NCBI GenBank assembly: GCA_003155135.1 | Contig: PMFN01000015.1 | Coordinates: forward strand, 15,747-79,746 | DNA length: 64,000 nt | From: Acidimicrobiaceae bacterium | GTDB taxonomy: Bacteria; Actinomycetota; Acidimicrobiia; Acidimicrobiales; RAAP-2 | Direction of reading: 5' to 3' | In this document: piece after piece, positions 16,298 through 24,980 of the stretch | Position numbering within the stretch: position 1 is the stretch's first letter | How the letters are laid out: the number at the start of each line of letters is the position of its first letter | Translations under genes and position numbers: made by a program | The notes under the pieces: generated by a model | The model's database searches: none | The model's input: the letters and a program-made list of their open reading frames with translations, nothing else | What the model was told of the DNA's origin: nothing

Positions 16298-17545
16298 TCA
16301 CGACGCGCTTTCACCGAGCGGGTGCATCCGGAAACCCGGGTGGTGCTTCAGGATCTCGCGACGGGCGATCGTCATCTTGTGGACCTCATCGGGCCCGTCA
16401 GCGATGCGCAGCGTCCGCATGCCGGCGTACATGTGCGCCAGCGGCGTGAACTGCGTGACACCGGCGGCGCCGTGCACCTGGATGGCCCGATCGATGACCT
16501 TGAGCGCCATGTTCGGGACGGCGACTTTGATGCCGGCGATCTCGGCCGCCGCGGACTTGTTGCCGACGGTGTCCATCAGATAGGCGGCATGCAGCACGTA
16601 CTCGCGGGCCATGTCGATCTCGATGCGGGACTCGGCGATCCAGTCCTGGATCAACCCCTTGTGCGCCAGGCTCGTCCCGAACGTGGACCGCTCGAGTGAG
16701 CGGGTGACCATGAGATCGAGGGCGCGCTCGGCGACCCCGATCGAGCGCATGCAGTGATGGATCCGCCCGGGCCCGAGACGTGCCTGGGCGATGGCGAAGC
16801 CGCCACCCTCCTCGCCGAGGATGTGGTCGAGCGGCACACGGACATCCCGGTAGATGACCTCGGGATGACCGCCTCGCTCGGCGTAGCCGAACACGTGCGG
16901 GTCGAGGCCCACCGAGACGCCCTCTGTGTCCATGGGGACGACGACCATCGACTGCTGGAGGTGGCGCGGCGCTGTGGGGTTGGTCTTTCCCATCACCACG
17001 AGCACCTTGCACCGCCCGCTGCGCGCGCCCGAACTGAACCACTTCCGCCCGTTCAGGACATACCCGTCGCCCACGCGCTCGATGGTGAGGTCGATGTTGG
17101 TGGCGTCCGAGGAGGCGACGTCAGGCTCAGTCATCGAAAAGGCGCTGCGTATATCACCGGCCAGCAGGGGCTCGAGCCACTGCTGCTTCACGGCGTCGGA
17201 GCCGTAGAGATTCAAGATCTCCATGTTGCCCGTGTCGGGTGCTGCACAGTTGAGGACCTCGGCGGCGAAGCTGACACGCCCGAGCATCTCGGAGACCGGC
17301 GCGTAGTCGAGGTTCGTGAGGCGCGTGCCGAGATGGTCGGCGGCGAGGTCCGGCAGGAAGAGGTTCCACAGCCCCCTGACCATGGCCTCGGACTTGAGCT
17401 TGTCGAGGATCGGTGGGTAGCCGTCAGGGCCCACCTCTTCGAGTTCGGCGTAGAACTGCTGCTCGGCCGGGTACACGTGCTCGTCGAGGAAGCGCGCAAC
17501 CTCGGCCTGGATGGAGAGACCCTCGTCGGTGAACTGGTACGGCAC
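16298..17545 (-). CDS. acyl-CoA dehydrogenase (ACAD10/11-FadE-like)
   Basis: Starts at GTG 17545 with GAGGAG 4 nt upstream. Contains SAFSMTEPDVASSDATN, GRKWFSSG and RIADGPDEVH, which are typical ACAD motifs. The longer track ORF (to 18826) is an R/P-rich artefact. Confidence 0.9.
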   Translation of the reverse strand: MPYQFTDEGLSIQAEVARFLDEHVYPAEQQFYAELEEVGPDGYPPILDKLKSEAMVRGLWNLFLPDLAADHLGTRLTNLDYAPVSEMLGRVSFAAEVLNCAAPDTGNMEILNLYGSDAVKQQWLEPLLAGDIRSAFSMTEPDVASSDATNIDLTIERVGDGYVLNGRKWFSSGARSGRCKVLVVMGKTNPTAPRHLQQSMVVVPMDTEGVSVGLDPHVFGYAERGGHPEVIYRDVRVPLDHILGEEGGGFAIAQARLGPGRIHHCMRSIGVAERALDLMVTRSLERSTFGTSLAHKGLIQDWIAESRIEIDMAREYVLHAAYLMDTVGNKSAAAEIAGIKVAVPNMALKVIDRAIQVHGAAGVTQFTPLAHMYAGMRTLRIADGPDEVHKMTIARREILKHHPGFRMHPLGESAS

Positions 17546-17706
17546 GTTGCTCCTCTGTCGTCGCGGCGCGGCCCCCGGCACCGGTCCCGCTGCCGCGAAG
17601 TCAACGCTCTTCGGGGCACCCTCGACAGGGCCGAAGGACCCTTTCGGCGCCGACGACGCCCGTGCAGGCGCCAGGCGCCCCGTGCCAGGCGACGACAGCC
17701 CGACGT

Positions 17707-18717
17707 TCACTCCATGAGCGGGCGCAGTCGTGTCCGGGTGTCCGCGTGCGCAAGCCGGCGAAGGGTCGACTCCCTCGCCTGGCGTGCCACGGCTCCTCGC
17801 CGGGTCGGGTCCATCGGGTTGAGCCCGATCACCGCCAGATCTTCGGGCGTCGGCTGGAAGGCCAGCACGTGCGCGCCTGATCGGCGGAGGCGCCGCGCCT
17901 CGGATCCGAGGGCCAGCCGTGCCCATCGTCGACCGGGCTCGTCGAGTGCCACACGCGCCCGTCGCCCCGCCTCCGACATCGGGGAGCTGACCAGCACGAG
18001 GCCGACGTCTGCACCCAAGAGGACATCGGCGTTCGACGGCGAGTGCGCACCTCCGTCGACGAAGGCCTCCCCCCCGATCTCGACGGGCGCGAAGAAGCCC
18101 GGGATGGCGCACGATGCCGCCACCGCATCGGGCAGGGCAGGGCGGGCGTCGCGGCCGAACACGACCAGGCGCCCGTCGCGCTCGCGCACGGCGCACACCC
18201 ACAGGTGTTTCGCCGGCCACGCACCGAGGGCCATGCCGGCAATCCCCTCCCAGATGACGTCGGTGGCGACGGTCCCTTGCGGGATGAGACCGGCAAGCAG
18301 GGCGAGGGGGCGGGCTTCGAGCGGTCGCGTCGCCGCGCGCCCGAGCCGGGCGGCGATGTCGCCCGGGCTGCGCATCGTGGTGGCGGGGCGTAGCGGGGGC
18401 GGTGCGCGCAGCGGTCCGACCGCCTGGAAGAGGTGCGTGCCTGCGGGCGACATGGGCCGACCCTCGGAGCGGGCAAGCAGGTCGGCCGTGCTGAGGCCGG
18501 CACGCAGCGACGTGGCCGTGATGGACCCGGCCGATGTGCCCACGACCACCGTCGCTCGTCGTGGGTCCCAGCCCGTCACCTCTTCGATCGCCGCGAGCAC
18601 GCCTGCGTGGAACGCACTGCCGGCGACGCCCCCTGCGCCGAGCACCAGGCCGACACCCCCGGGGCGAGCGCCCGGGCCGGGTCCCGGGTCGGCCTGGCCC
18701 TCGTCGGTCGGGCTCAT
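17707..18717 (-). CDS. patatin-like phospholipase family protein
   Basis: Contains GLVLGAGGVAGSAFHAGVL (oxyanion Gly-rich loop), GTSAGS (G-x-S-x-G) and FVDGGAHS (catalytic Asp). Start placed at ATG 18717 (MSPTDEG). Confidence 0.85.
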   Translation of the reverse strand: MSPTDEGQADPGPGPGARPGGVGLVLGAGGVAGSAFHAGVLAAIEEVTGWDPRRATVVVGTSAGSITATSLRAGLSTADLLARSEGRPMSPAGTHLFQAVGPLRAPPPLRPATTMRSPGDIAARLGRAATRPLEARPLALLAGLIPQGTVATDVIWEGIAGMALGAWPAKHLWVCAVRERDGRLVVFGRDARPALPDAVAASCAIPGFFAPVEIGGEAFVDGGAHSPSNADVLLGADVGLVLVSSPMSEAGRRARVALDEPGRRWARLALGSEARRLRRSGAHVLAFQPTPEDLAVIGLNPMDPTRRGAVARQARESTLRRLAHADTRTRLRPLME

Positions 18718-18774
18718 CGGCGGCCACCGCCTGGCAGGACCGCCGGCGCCGGGCAATGGCAATCGACGGCCGGA

Positions 18775-19800
18775 CTACCTGTGCACATCGACCGCACCGG
18801 ATCCGTCGTAGCGCTGCACACAGCATCGGAACGAGCGTTCGACCGCTTCTCGGGAGGCACCCGAGCTGAGCAGGGTCGAGAGCAGGATGCGGGCCTTGAG
18901 CGCCCCGAGTCCGCCCGCCGCCAGCAGGCCACGCGAGAGCAGGTCGATCTCCCCACCCGGGAAGCCATAAGTCGACTCGAGTGTGCGGCCCGCCTCCACC
19001 CGCGAGGCCAGCACCACGGGTGCGAAGGCCACCAGGTCCTCGATCACCGGGACGAGGTGGCGCGGGACGTGACCACCTCCGAATCCGGCGATGACGAGCC
19101 CCGAGGGCCGCGTGGAGGCCAAACCCTCGAGGATCCGCGCCCCACCACCCAGCGTCGCCACGACGAGCTCGACGCTGTCATCCCACTCGTCGGGGACCTC
19201 CAGTGGCTCGGAACGAGCGAGCTCCACCGTGAAATAGGGGCGCCCCTCGCTCACCGACCCGATCGGACCGTTCGGCGCCGAGGAGAATGCCGAGAGGCTC
19301 GACGTGTGGACCTTGCTCGCGAACCTGGCCGCATGGACCTCGTCGTTCATGACCACGAGCACGCCACGACCCCGAGTGGCGGGCCAGGCACCGACTTGGA
19401 CCGCGGCGAGCAGGTTGGCCGGCCCGTCGGACCCGGTGCGCAGTGGATTGCGCATGGCACCGGTGAAGACGACCGGCTCGTCGCGCGCCCACAACAGATC
19501 GAGCGCGTACGAAGTCTCCTCGAGCGTGTCGGTGCCTTGGGTCACGACAACGGCATCGCAGCCCCGCTCCACCAGGCTGGTCAGCCGGTCGTACAACAAG
19601 GAGATGTCGGAGAACTCGAGGTCACCCGATGGCTTCGTCACGAGGCCCTCCGCCTCGACGACGGCCACCTCGGCGAGCTCGGGAACCGAGCCGACCAGGT
19701 CGGAGGCCTCGAGCCCGGGGCTGACGCCCGCACCGTTGGCGTGCTGAGTCGAAGCGATCGTCCCCCCGAGCGCCACCACCCCCACCCGCGGCAGGCTCAA
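18775..19800 (-). CDS. ansA: L-asparaginase, type I (cytosolic) family
   Basis: Contains VVALGGTIAST (Thr nucleophile motif) and VVTQGTDTLEETSY. The candidate start is TTG 19800 with GAGGGG upstream, 13 nt after the HMG-CoA reductase stop. A GTG a few codons later is also possible. Confidence 0.8.
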   Translation of the reverse strand: MSLPRVGVVALGGTIASTQHANGAGVSPGLEASDLVGSVPELAEVAVVEAEGLVTKPSGDLEFSDISLLYDRLTSLVERGCDAVVVTQGTDTLEETSYALDLLWARDEPVVFTGAMRNPLRTGSDGPANLLAAVQVGAWPATRGRGVLVVMNDEVHAARFASKVHTSSLSAFSSAPNGPIGSVSEGRPYFTVELARSEPLEVPDEWDDSVELVVATLGGGARILEGLASTRPSGLVIAGFGGGHVPRHLVPVIEDLVAFAPVVLASRVEAGRTLESTYGFPGGEIDLLSRGLLAAGGLGALKARILLSTLLSSGASREAVERSFRCCVQRYDGSGAVDVHR

Positions 19801-19813
19801 CGCTCGGTACCCC

Positions 19814-20998
19814 TCACGTCGTGGCGTCCGTCGGCCGGTTCCGGCCGAAGGCGTCGTGGCTCGAGACCCACTCGTCGGCGGCGATGGCCGAGCCGAGCGA
19901 GAGCTCACCGCAGAGCACGGTGGCGGCGACGATCTCCGCCAGGGCCAATGCACGGCCGGGCCCGTAACAGCCGAGCACCTCGAGGCACTCGCGCTGGGTG
20001 GCCAGGCCCGTGCCCCCGCCATAGGTGGCGACGATCAGTGAGGGGATCGTGATGGAGAAGTAGTAGCTCCCGTCGTCGCGCAGCTCGGCGAAGGTGAAGC
20101 CAGCCGAGGACTCCGCCACGTTGCCCGCGTCTTGGCCGCACGCGATGAAGACCGCGGCGACGCCGTTCGCGTAATGGGCCCCGTTGCTCACTGCTCCCGA
20201 GAGGAGGCTCCCGAGGTTCGAGAGCTGACGGAGCCGGTAGAGGTCCTCGCCCGTCGTGTGCAGCACCTCTCGAATCAGTCGAGCAGGGATAGTCGCCTCG
20301 GCAACGACTCGCTTCCCCCGGGAGTGGAGGTTGTTGAGCGCCGAATGCTTCTTGTCCGTGTCGAGGTTGGCGGCGAGCGCGAAGTCCCTGAGCCCGCGCG
20401 GCCGCTGCCCGAGGATCCAGCGACACGCCTCGTGCGTGGCCTTGGTCACCATGTTCTGCCCGGCGGCGTCGCCGGTCGTGAAGTTGAACCGGAGCCAGCG
20501 CATCGCCCCCACCGCGTACTGCTCGATGTCGCGGAGCTTGCCGACCCGGGTGGTCGTCTCGGCCTCCGCCTTGATGGCGCCGAAATTGTCGCTCACCCAG
20601 CTCCCGAAATCGCGCGCCGCCCTGGCGTCGTCGAACACGAAGATCGGTGCCCGCTGCATCGCGTCATCGAGCACGGTCGTCGTGATCCCCCCCGCCTCGC
20701 GGGTGAGCCGCATGCCCCGGCTGTAGCTCGCGACGAGGGTCCCCTCTGTTGTGGCCATCGGGACGAAGTACTCGCCGTGGGCGTGCTCGCCGTCCACCAG
20801 CATCGGTCCGGCGAAACCCACGGGCACCTGGGCCACGCCGGCGAAGCCCTCCATGTTCCCCGGGAGGATCTCGGGGTCGAACGAGAAGGCAGCCAGGTGC
20901 TCGAGGGACGCCCCGGTCGCGTCACTGACCACGCGACGGCGCGACTCGGCTGCCTCGGGGCTGTAGTCGTCACGCGGATCGCGCGGAAGCCGCTGCAT
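19814..20998 (-). CDS. hydroxymethylglutaryl-CoA reductase, soluble class-I-like
   Basis: Contains MATTEGTLVASYSRG, TTGDAAGQNMVTKA and ATYGGGTGL, matching the E, D..GxN and GGGT regions of HMGR. I prefer ATG 20998 because GGAGGGAG lies 8 nt upstream. The ORF also opens at ATG 21013. Confidence 0.88.
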   Translation of the reverse strand: MQRLPRDPRDDYSPEAAESRRRVVSDATGASLEHLAAFSFDPEILPGNMEGFAGVAQVPVGFAGPMLVDGEHAHGEYFVPMATTEGTLVASYSRGMRLTREAGGITTTVLDDAMQRAPIFVFDDARAARDFGSWVSDNFGAIKAEAETTTRVGKLRDIEQYAVGAMRWLRFNFTTGDAAGQNMVTKATHEACRWILGQRPRGLRDFALAANLDTDKKHSALNNLHSRGKRVVAEATIPARLIREVLHTTGEDLYRLRQLSNLGSLLSGAVSNGAHYANGVAAVFIACGQDAGNVAESSAGFTFAELRDDGSYYFSITIPSLIVATYGGGTGLATQRECLEVLGCYGPGRALALAEIVAATVLCGELSLGSAIAADEWVSSHDAFGRNRPTDATT

Positions 20999-21059
20999 CC
21001 GTTCTCCCTCCATCGCTTGCCCTGATCAACGTACGCCCCCCCGCCCGCCGAAGCGAGCG

Positions 21060-21096
21060 GGAGAAGGCGTGCCAAAAGGCCCTGTGCGTTCAGATC
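21060..21096. repeat. copy 1 of a shared intergenic motif GGAGAAGG-(cgt)-GCCAAAAGGCCCTG ... GATC
   Basis: Read directly in the HMGR/hydrolase divergent gap. See copy 2 at 27415-27439. Confidence 0.5.
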
Positions 21097-21117
21097 GGGG
21101 GTAGGAAAGGATGGAGC

Positions 21118-22017
21118 ATGGCTTTCGAGCTCGAACACGTGACGATCCACGGCCACGACGTCGGCTTCCGCAAGGCGGGCAGCGGACCGGTCGTGCTCCT
21201 CATTCACGGGATCGCCGGCAGCTCCTCGGCGTGGCGTGCGGTCATGCCCGTCCTCGCCGAGCGCTACACGGTGATCGCCCCTGACCTGATCGGCCACGGC
21301 CAGTCCTCCAAGCCCATGGGGGACTACTCACTCGGCGCCTATGCCAGCGGCATCAGGGATCTGCTCGGCGTGCTCGACGTGGAGCACGCGACGGTCGTGG
21401 GCCAGTCCTTCGGCGGCGGGGTGGCGATGCAGCTCGCCTACCAGCACCCTGAGTACTGCGACCGTCTCGTGCTCGTCGACAGCGGCGGGTTGGGCCGCGA
21501 GGTGAGCTGGCTGCTCAGGTTCATGACGCTCCCCGCGTCGGAGTACCTGATGCCGGTGCTTTTCCCCTCCTTCGCCCGCCAGATCGGCAACGATGTCAGC
21601 CGGACCATGCAGGCCAAGGGCCTGCGGCTCCCCCGCATTGGTGAGATGTGGAATGCCTACGCATCGCTCACCGAGTCCGAGAACCGCCAGTCCTTCATCC
21701 GCACCATCCGGTCCGTCATCGATCCCGGTGGACAGACGGTCAGCGCCCTGGACCGCCTCTACCTGGCCGAGGCCATTCCGACCATGATCGTGTGGGGGGA
21801 CCGAGACAGCATCATCCCCGTCACCCATGCGTACGCGGCCCACGAGTCGATCGCCAACAGCCGCCTCGAAATCATCGAGGGGGCGGGCCACTTCCCCCAG
21901 ATGGAGGCACCCGATCGCTTCTTGGAGGTGCTGGTCGACTTCCTCGAGACCACCGAGCCGGCGACGCTGCAGGCCGGCGACCTCCAGCAGCTCCTGCGTG
22001 AACGAGCCGTGGGCTGA
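21118..22017 (+). CDS. alpha/beta-fold hydrolase
   Basis: Contains VVLLIHGIAGSS (oxyanion HG) and the nucleophile elbow VVGQSFGG, with C-terminal GAGHFPQME. An RBS (GGAAAGGATGGAG) precedes the ATG at 21118. Confidence 0.9.
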   Translation: MAFELEHVTIHGHDVGFRKAGSGPVVLLIHGIAGSSSAWRAVMPVLAERYTVIAPDLIGHGQSSKPMGDYSLGAYASGIRDLLGVLDVEHATVVGQSFGGGVAMQLAYQHPEYCDRLVLVDSGGLGREVSWLLRFMTLPASEYLMPVLFPSFARQIGNDVSRTMQAKGLRLPRIGEMWNAYASLTESENRQSFIRTIRSVIDPGGQTVSALDRLYLAEAIPTMIVWGDRDSIIPVTHAYAAHESIANSRLEIIEGAGHFPQMEAPDRFLEVLVDFLETTEPATLQAGDLQQLLRERAVG

Positions 22018-22030
22018 GGCGGGGGTCCGC

Positions 22031-23194
22031 TCAGTTCGAGGGCGCTTCGTGGAATGCGGCGGGTGCGCGCCGCTCGGCGGTCAGGACGTCGGGCGCGGCG
22101 ATGAACACGCCGACCGGAGCGCCGAGCGCAAGGGTGGCGACCTCCTCGCTCGGCTGGTCGACCTGGACGCCCAGCCCATCTTCTACGAGGACCTGAACGC
22201 GCGTCACGGCGCCGAGGAAGGTCTTGTTGGTGACGATGCCTCGGCCGTCGCTACCTGGAGCATCGCTGAGCGAGAGTGCTTCGGGCCGGACCAGCACATC
22301 GACCGGGACCCCCGGGTTCGTGGTGCCTTCCCCGCGCATGGCCAAGAGCCGACCGAGCACCCGCACTCCCCCGCTCTCGGTGACGCCGGGGATCCGGTTC
22401 ATGGTCCCGACGAACTCGGCCACGAAGGGCGTCGCCGGCCGGGCATAGAGATCAGCCGGGGCGTCGACCTGCTCGATCCGGCCGTCGCGCATCACGCAGA
22501 CCCGGTCGGCGATCGAGAGCGCCTCCTCCTGGTCGTGTGTGACGAAGACGGTTGTCGTCTGCAGTCGTTGCTGCAGCGACCGGATCTGCTGGCGAAGCTG
22601 GAGGCGCACCTTCGCGTCGAGGGCCGAGAGCGGCTCGTCGAGCAGCAGCACCCGGGGCTCGATGGCCAGCGCCCGGGCGAGGGCCACCCGCTGCTGCTGA
22701 CCACCGGACATCTGATGGGGGAACTTCTTGGCCTCGACGGCGAGGCCCACCAGGTCGAGCAGCTCGCCCGCTTTGTCCCGCCGGGCCCGGGCGGCGTGGC
22801 CACGCATGCGGAGCCCGAAGGCCACGTTGTCGACGGCGTCCATGTTGGGAAAGAGCGAGTAGCTCTGGAAGACCATGCCCATGTCGCGCTTCTGGGCCGG
22901 AGTGCCTGCCAGGTCCTGGCCGTCGACGAGCACGTGACCGGCGTCGAGGGTCTCGAAGCCAGCGAGCACCCGAAGAGCCGTCGTCTTCCCGCAACCCGAG
23001 GGGCCGAGGAGCGCCACCAGCTCGCCCGGAGCGATGTCGAGGCTGAGGCCGTTGAGCGCCTTGGTGGGCCCGAAGGAGCGGCGAAGGCCAGACAGACGCA
23101 CCGACGCACCCGCCCGCTCGGCCGGCAGTGGAGCGCTCCAATCGGCCTTCGCCCGGTTCCCGAGCACCTTCACCTCGACTCCTTCCGAAGCCAT
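22031..23194 (-). CDS. ABC transporter ATP-binding protein (PotA/FbpC-like importer ATPase)
   Basis: Walker A GPSGCGKTT, signature MSGGQQQR, Walker B LLLDEP, and a C-terminal TOBE-like tail. The start is ambiguous among ATG 23194, GTG 23173 (GTGA overlap with the permease stop) and GTG 23101. Confidence 0.9.
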   Translation of the reverse strand: MASEGVEVKVLGNRAKADWSAPLPAERAGASVRLSGLRRSFGPTKALNGLSLDIAPGELVALLGPSGCGKTTALRVLAGFETLDAGHVLVDGQDLAGTPAQKRDMGMVFQSYSLFPNMDAVDNVAFGLRMRGHAARARRDKAGELLDLVGLAVEAKKFPHQMSGGQQQRVALARALAIEPRVLLLDEPLSALDAKVRLQLRQQIRSLQQRLQTTTVFVTHDQEEALSIADRVCVMRDGRIEQVDAPADLYARPATPFVAEFVGTMNRIPGVTESGGVRVLGRLLAMRGEGTTNPGVPVDVLVRPEALSLSDAPGSDGRGIVTNKTFLGAVTRVQVLVEDGLGVQVDQPSEEVATLALGAPVGVFIAAPDVLTAERRAPAAFHEAPSN

Positions 23195-24012
23195 CGCCGC
23201 GATTGGCGTCGGTCGAACGATGTGATCAGCAGCAAGAGCAGCCAGGTGCCGACCAACGCGAGCAGCGACACGGCGGTCGAGACGTGGGCGTCGTCTTGCT
23301 CGAAGTTGACGATCCAGACAGGGAAGGTCTGGTACTGGTCGAGGCTCGCCATCGTGAACTCGCCGAGCACCAGGGCCACGGTGAGGATGGTGGCCGAGAG
23401 GAGCGCAGCGCGCAGATTCGGCAGCACGACGCGCAAGAGCGTGCTGGACCAGCGGCCTCCGAGTGAGCGCGACGCCTCGACGAGGGTCTTGAGGTCGATG
23501 GCCCGCAGCCCGGCGTCGAGCGACCGGTAGACGAACGGCATGGCGAGCACCACGTAAACAAGGGCGAGCAGGTCGGGGGTGCCCTTCAGCACGGTCGGTG
23601 CCACCTGCAGGACACCGACGATGAGGACGACCGGCGGGATGACGATCGGCAGGACCGTGATGCCGTCGAATAGCCGTCGAAGCCTGGGGACGCGCAGGTG
23701 CACGTAGACCGCCGTCGGCACCATGAGCACCATGGTGATGACCGTCGTGATCACCGCCAGGCGCACCGAGAGTGCGAAGGCGGCACCGAACCCGGGCTGG
23801 CTCGGGATGCTCGTGAAGGCCGACAAGGTGAATTTGCCGTTGGACCCCTCGAGCGAGAACCGCAGAGCGGCGTAGAAGGGGATGATGAAGTAGGCGCCCA
23901 CCGCGAAGAGCACGATGCCGCGCCACCACCTGATACGGCGGTGCTTGCCCGTGCCCTCCTCCTCGGCGGGGACCTCGAGCTCGTCCAGCGGCTCGGCGAC
24001 TAGCGCAACCAC
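23170..24012 (-). CDS. ABC transporter permease (PotC-like)
   Basis: Hydrophobic, with an EAA-like loop (LVEASRSLGGRWSSTLLRVVLPNL). The candidate GTG start at 24012 overlaps the upstream permease stop by 13 nt. Confidence 0.85.
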   Translation of the reverse strand: MVALVAEPLDELEVPAEEEGTGKHRRIRWWRGIVLFAVGAYFIIPFYAALRFSLEGSNGKFTLSAFTSIPSQPGFGAAFALSVRLAVITTVITMVLMVPTAVYVHLRVPRLRRLFDGITVLPIVIPPVVLIVGVLQVAPTVLKGTPDLLALVYVVLAMPFVYRSLDAGLRAIDLKTLVEASRSLGGRWSSTLLRVVLPNLRAALLSATILTVALVLGEFTMASLDQYQTFPVWIVNFEQDDAHVSTAVSLLALVGTWLLLLLITSFDRRQSRRWLRKESR

Positions 24013-24980
24013 TTCGACGCCCTCCGCTGGAGGATGCCGTAGAGGAGCATGACGACCATGATGATGACGATCATGCCGAATCCGAGGGCCTTGCCCACGT
24101 TCTGTTCGCCGGCGAGCACATTGCCGTTCAGGAACGTGCCGATCTGTATGGGCGTGAGGGCGATGCTGCCGCTCGTGAGCGCCTGGGCCGTCGCATAGGC
24201 GGACAGGGCGCTGCCGAAGAGCAACAGGACCGCGCCGAGCACCGAGGGCAGGAGCACGGGGCCACCGACATGGCGCCAGAACTGCCAGCTCCGTGCGCCG
24301 AGGTTGTTCGCGGCCTCGCGCCAGGTCGAGCGGATGCCCCCCAGGGCCGGCGTGATGACCAGCACCATGAGCGGGATTTGGAAGTACATGTAGACGAGCG
24401 CGACACCCGAGAGCGTGTAGAGGTCGAAGCCGTGCTGGTAGGGGTCGATGCCGAGGTCGCGCAGCCATGTCGTCGCGACGCCGGTCGTCCCGAGCGTGGC
24501 GATGAAGAGGAACGCCAGCGGCACGCCCCCGAAGTTGGCAAAGACGCCCGAGGAGGTCGACACGATGCGTCGGAGATTCGTGCTCTTCGATGTGTGGATA
24601 GCATACGCGAGGAGCAGGCCGATGATCCCGGGCACCACCGACGAAATGACGGCGAGCTCGAGACTCGTCTCGTAGCCGGTCCGATAGATGCCGGTCGTGG
24701 CCAGCCTCAGATTCTCGAACGTGAAGCCGCCACTCGGCTTCTGGAAAGCGCCGTAGACGATCGCCAGCGCCGGGATGCCCAGGAACACCAGCGTGTAGAG
24801 GGCGAACGGCGCCAGCCCGACGAACGGCGACACCCTCGAGCGCCAGGTCCGCCCGCTCACGTCGTCCTCGAAGGCGCCCCCGGCCCCGCGCCTGGTGGCA
24901 ACGGGCCCGGGGTCGCCGGCAGGGATCGAACGGTGCGAAGCAGCGGAGACCTGGGCGCTCTCACCCACCCGCTCAACCAC
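24000..24980 (-). CDS. ABC transporter permease (PotB-like)
   Basis: Hydrophobic, with an EAA-like loop (WREAANNLGARSWQFWRHVGGPVLLP). The GTG start at 24980 overlaps the binding-protein stop by 8 nt. Confidence 0.85.
   Translation of the reverse strand: MVERVGESAQVSAASHRSIPAGDPGPVATRRGAGGAFEDDVSGRTWRSRVSPFVGLAPFALYTLVFLGIPALAIVYGAFQKPSGGFTFENLRLATTGIYRTGYETSLELAVISSVVPGIIGLLLAYAIHTSKSTNLRRIVSTSSGVFANFGGVPLAFLFIATLGTTGVATTWLRDLGIDPYQHGFDLYTLSGVALVYMYFQIPLMVLVITPALGGIRSTWREAANNLGARSWQFWRHVGGPVLLPSVLGAVLLLFGSALSAYATAQALTSGSIALTPIQIGTFLNGNVLAGEQNVGKALGFGMIVIIMVVMLLYGILQRRASKWLR

Noticed and set aside
17707-18717. Patatin-like phospholipase as an effector of a CBASS-type or other antiphage system
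   Set aside because: No CD-NTase, cyclase, E1/E2/JAB, SAVED or other signalling partner is adjacent. The neighbours are metabolic genes (asparaginase, acyl-CoA dehydrogenase). Stand-alone patatin-like lipases are common in Actinobacteria.
16754-20052. 685-aa and 539-aa plus-strand ORFs (16754..18811 and 18433..20052)
   Set aside because: They lie antisense to the acyl-CoA dehydrogenase, patatin, asparaginase and HMGR genes. They are R/P/G/A-rich and carry no motifs.
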